NCBI GenBank assembly: GCA_965208105.1
Contig: OZ242318.1
Span: 3,264,001 to 3,328,000 of the forward strand
Direction: 5' to 3'
DNA from: Candidatus Latescibacterota bacterium
GTDB taxonomy: Bacteria > Latescibacterota > UBA2968 > UBA8231
Length of the DNA stretch: 64,000 bases
Each line of letters opens with the position of its first letter. The first letter of the stretch is position 1. Below, piece by piece: positions 60,580-64,000 of this stretch. A program made the translations under genes and the position numbers. A model generated the notes under the pieces. The model did no database searches. It saw only the letters and a list, made by a program, of their open reading frames with translations, and was not told the origin of the DNA.

Positions 60580-61834
60580 CTAGTGGTTCATCCATGTAGT
60601 AGTGCTGGATATAGGCGGTGCAGCTTGATGCGCGCATCGTCGGTGGTGAATTGCCATTTGACCCTTGCGGGGCACTTCTCGCGTTGTGCCAGCCAAGCGT
60701 GGACCTGTTTGCTCAGTTGCTGAATGCTACCGATGCGCCGGTCGAGACACTGACGGGTGAGCACCCTCAACCCGATTTCGGCCATATTGAGCCAGCTGCC
60801 TCGTTTCGGGGTGAAGTGGATGTCGATTTTATCGGCGATGTGTTTGGCTTCTTCGGGCGCAAAGACGTCATACAAGGCGGCCTTTCTGTGTGAACTCAGG
60901 TTGTCCATGACCACGGTGAGGGTATCGGCCTCCGGGTAGTAGCGATCGACCAGATCTTTGATCACCTGAGCCCACTCTTTGCTGGTGCGGCGCTGCGTGA
61001 CCTGGACGTGGCAACGACCGGTGAGCGGTTCCAGCATCATGAATACGTTGGCCACGCCGTTGCGGACATAGTGATGATCATACCGGGCCGGATGTCCGGG
61101 CATCGCCGGGAGAGGCGCCTGCACCTCTCCCACCAGTTGTTTGCTGGTCTCGTCCAGGCATACCGTGGGACGGTGGGGATCGTAGGGTCGGGTATAGACA
61201 TCCAGCACATCCTCCATGGCACAGACAAACTCGGCGCTGGGGGCGCCGGGCAGGCACCACATTTCCTGCCGCCAGGGCTTCAAGTCGTTTTTTTTAGCGT
61301 CTTGCGGACCGTTTCCGGGCTGACCCGGTTGACCACCTGCAACGAAACCAGGTGGTCGGCCAACAGTCTGAGGGTCCAGCACGTCCTCCCCTCCGGCGGC
61401 GGGCTACAGGCCAGGGCTACCAGACGAGCCTCCGCTTCCCCGTCGATGGTCTTGGCCCGGCGATTCGTTTGCTCCTTGCGTTGGAGGGCGGCCTCCAGGC
61501 CTTCTTCGACGAACCGTTTGCGCAGCCGCTCGACGGTGCTGGAATGGACCTCGAGCGCCTGACCGATCTGTTCGTCGGTCCAGCCGTCCCCGTGCGGTCC
61601 TTGATCCGTCTTGAGAAGAATCCGCGCATGGCGCTGCTTGAACGCAGCGGCTTTCCCCTTGGAGATGAGACCGTGCAAATAGCTGCGCTCCTCGGCAGTA
61701 AGTGTGACGAAGTATCTCTTCTTGGGCAACGCCGTACTCCTTTCCCGACAAAGGGGATCCGTAGAAAAAGATACGGCATGTCCACCAGGATGTACAGATC
61801 TTTATTCTGCAATACTACATTGACCGACCACTAG
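60580..61834 (-). mobile_element. IS630-family insertion sequence, apparently complete
   Basis: Imperfect TIRs CTAGTGGTTCATCCATGTAGTAGTGCTGGATA / CTAGTGGTCGGTCAATGTAGTATTGCAGAATA (25/32); CTAG at both ends, consistent with a TA duplication; encloses two transposase ORFs. Confidence 0.95.
60588..61729 (-). CDS. IS630 transposase (OrfA 61280-61729 plus OrfB, joined by -1 frameshift)
   Basis: OrfA HTH (ARILLK.D, WTD..I, CS.PP.GR..WTLRLLA); OrfB DDE (CLDETSK, VMDNL..H, SWLNMAE); A8 run at 61288-61295 at the junction. Confidence 0.92.
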
Positions 61835-61997
61835 TGCCTGCTTGCGCAATTCCGCGTGAATTCGGCCGCCGCTGCATCCCGGCTCGCGGCGTTGCCCTCC
61901 CTCGCCGTACACTCCAGGTACGACTCGCTCAGGCGCCTTGCGAGCCGGGCGCTTCTGCGCCCTCGTTCGTACGCTTAATTACGCAAGCAGGCACTAG
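61831..61997 (-). mobile_element. MITE-like element type B (167 bp), inverted relative to 9886-10052
   Basis: TIRs 20/21; shares its left CTAG with the IS630 end and its right CTAG with the sat stop codon. Confidence 0.92.
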
Positions 61998-63205
61998 GGA
62001 CTTTCCTCTTCCCGGTAGTATCGCATGAGGATTTCGGCTACTTCCGGGCGGGCGAACTGCGGCGGCAGAGGTTGCCCTGCCGCAAGTATTCGGCGTACCT
62101 GGGTGCCCGAGAGAAACAGGTGGCTGCCCTTGTCGTGGGCGCAGTCGCGCATCATGACGACGGCGCCGCATTCGTTGCACCAGACCGTGTGGTCGCCGCG
62201 GAAAATCTCGATGTCCAGGGAACCTTCGGGTATCCGGTCGAATATGGTCTGGGCGGCAAAGGGGTCATAGTAGTCGCCGATGCCGGCGTGGTCGCGGCCC
62301 ACTATCAGGTGGGTACAGCCGCTGTTCTGGCGGAAGATTGCATGCAGCACGGCTTCGCGCGGTCCGGCGTAGAGCATGTCGAAGCCGTAGCCGGCGATGT
62401 AGACCGTATTCGCAGGGAAATAGAGGTCCACCATTTTGCGGATGGCTGCATCGCGCACGCGGGCGGGTATATCGCCAGGCTTGAGCCGCCCGAGGAGCAT
62501 GTGGATGAGGATGCCGTCCGCACCAACCGATTTCCACGCCATGCGGCACAGCTCCTCGTGGGCGCGGTGCATGGGGTTGCGAGTCTGGAAGGCCACCACC
62601 GTGTTCCAGCCCCGGGCGGCGAACTCGCGGCGCAACTCAGGGGCCGTCCGGAAGGTGTCGGGAAATTCGGCGCGGAAGTAGGAGTGGCTCAGCACCTGGA
62701 TGGGGCCTGCCAGGACCGCGTCGCCCATGGCCATGAAGGCGGCCACCCCCGGGTGCCGGTGATCAGTCGTGCCGAAGGTCTGCTCGACCAGACAGGCCAC
62801 GTCGCCCTCGGAGAGCGGCTCGATGGACCGCAGTTCCTGGATGGCGATCACCGGGTTGTTCTCCAGGTTGGGGTCGAGCAAGGCGACCCGGCTGCCGGGC
62901 CCCACCGCGGGTGGGATCCTTTCCCGGGGAACGATGTTGACTACGGGGACGGGCCACAGCATGCCGTTGGCAAGCCTCATCTGCGCGGCGACTCCGAGGG
63001 CCTCTTCCAGGTCCATGTAGCCGGGGAGGGGATTGAAATAGCCCGAGCCCAGCATCACGGCGGCCGCGGCGGAGCCCGAAGAGATGGTCAGGGAAGGCAG
63101 GCATTCGGCCTCCTCGAGAAGCTGTGCGCGCTGGTCGTCGTCGCCCACGTAGAGAGGATTCAGTTCCTTTGACCCGTACGGATCGATCATGGTGTCGCCA
63201 TTCAA
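61994..63205 (-). CDS. sat: Sulfate adenylyltransferase (ATP sulfurylase)
   Basis: VVAFQTRNPMHRAHEEL, YAGPREAVLHA, IVGRDHAG, LSGT.VR, FARPEVA. Confidence 0.96.
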   Translation of the reverse strand: MNGDTMIDPYGSKELNPLYVGDDDQRAQLLEEAECLPSLTISSGSAAAAVMLGSGYFNPLPGYMDLEEALGVAAQMRLANGMLWPVPVVNIVPRERIPPAVGPGSRVALLDPNLENNPVIAIQELRSIEPLSEGDVACLVEQTFGTTDHRHPGVAAFMAMGDAVLAGPIQVLSHSYFRAEFPDTFRTAPELRREFAARGWNTVVAFQTRNPMHRAHEELCRMAWKSVGADGILIHMLLGRLKPGDIPARVRDAAIRKMVDLYFPANTVYIAGYGFDMLYAGPREAVLHAIFRQNSGCTHLIVGRDHAGIGDYYDPFAAQTIFDRIPEGSLDIEIFRGDHTVWCNECGAVVMMRDCAHDKGSHLFLSGTQVRRILAAGQPLPPQFARPEVAEILMRYYREEESP

Positions 63206-63999
63206 TGGATTTCGATCCCGCCGGCGGCCGCCAGGCGATGGACGTTGGCGCTTGCCAGAGGATACATTTCGTCCGGCAGGTGCTCCAGAAGCATATAGCC
63301 ATCGGGATGCAATCCGTGCCAGCAGCGCAGGGCGGTGGTCAGGTCCAGATCACCGTCGCCGGGAACGGTTTCCTCGATGTGCAATACCAGCCCGTCGGCC
63401 ACCCTCGCGTCCTTGCAGTGTCCGATGGTGGAGATGGGTCCCATGACCTCGAAGATTCGTTCCATTCGTTCCTTGCTGTGATAGACCTGGCCTAGGGACT
63501 GGAAGTGATTGACGTAGTCCATCACGACCCGAAGGCGTTCCGAACCCACCGCCTCCAGGACATCGCGGTTGGTTTCAGGAGAGTCCATGATGGTGAGCTG
63601 ATGGGTCTCGATCACTATGGTGACGGCTTCGGCTTCGCCCTTGGCGGCAACCTCGGCGAGGGTTCCCAGCAGGCGTTGGCGGCAGGCCGGATCGAGATTG
63701 CGGCGGGTCGGGCTGTAGCTGCCCCCGGGGCTGAGGCTTCCGGGACGGATCAGGCAGGCGTGGGCGCCCAGTTCTGCTGCGAGTTCGATGCCGCGGCCGA
63801 TTTTGCGCAGGAGGGCTGTGCGCCGGTCCGCATCCGGATCGAACAGGCATTCGCCGTAGCCGATGCTGAACTGCACCAGGTCCATCCCCGCGGCGGCGAA
63901 GATCCGCCTGGCATTGCGGCACTCCGTGGTTCGAACCTCGAAGAGGAGGTCCCCCGACACGCCGCAGCTGGCCCCGGTGAGTCCGAGGGCGCTGACGGC
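63202..63999 (-). CDS. Sugar phosphate isomerase/epimerase (xylose isomerase-like TIM barrel), 5' end beyond window
   Basis: IETH, VVMDYVN, HCKD, PGDGDLD, LLEH; frame stays open to the window edge. Confidence 0.82.
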   Translation of the reverse strand, partial: AVSALGLTGASCGVSGDLLFEVRTTECRNARRIFAAAGMDLVQFSIGYGECLFDPDADRRTALLRKIGRGIELAAELGAHACLIRPGSLSPGGSYSPTRRNLDPACRQRLLGTLAEVAAKGEAEAVTIVIETHQLTIMDSPETNRDVLEAVGSERLRVVMDYVNHFQSLGQVYHSKERMERIFEVMGPISTIGHCKDARVADGLVLHIEETVPGDGDLDLTTALRCWHGLHPDGYMLLEHLPDEMYPLASANVHRLAAAGGIEIH

Positions 64000-64000
64000 C

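Overview
GC-rich bacterial chromosome segment, probably diderm (TolC, likely outer-membrane protein); the organism cannot be identified from sequence alone. It is mostly housekeeping and metabolic genes: partial moeA, modABC-hemY-hemA-ccsA, ggt, ltaE, an RND efflux operon with two permeases, aroC, a UxaA-like dehydratase, carA, proC-hisH-hisF-proB-ftsB, recO-glyQS, tRNA-Leu(TAG)-tig-clpP-clpX-engB-purA-prpB-prpC, a MATE transporter, arsC, purN and sat. Main non-routine signals: (1) A set of ~167-168 bp CTAG-bounded non-coding elements (MITE-like). Two unrelated sets of terminal inverted repeats flank the same 78-bp hairpin core, which shows covariation. Several copies sit on TAG stop codons and stack end-to-end with each other and with a complete frameshift-type IS630. 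(2) A DUF3179-like lipoprotein gene with an in-frame TGA at the expected Cys position (probable selenoprotein). It is clustered with a putative outer-membrane protein, an ArsS-like radical SAM enzyme and a divergent flavin/4Fe-4S membrane oxidoreductase fusion. (3) Several unusual domain architectures: histone H1-like repeat plus SWIB, YyaL plus DsbD-alpha, and a duplicated UxaA. All family calls are from motif recognition by eye and all identities are hand-counted; no searches were run.
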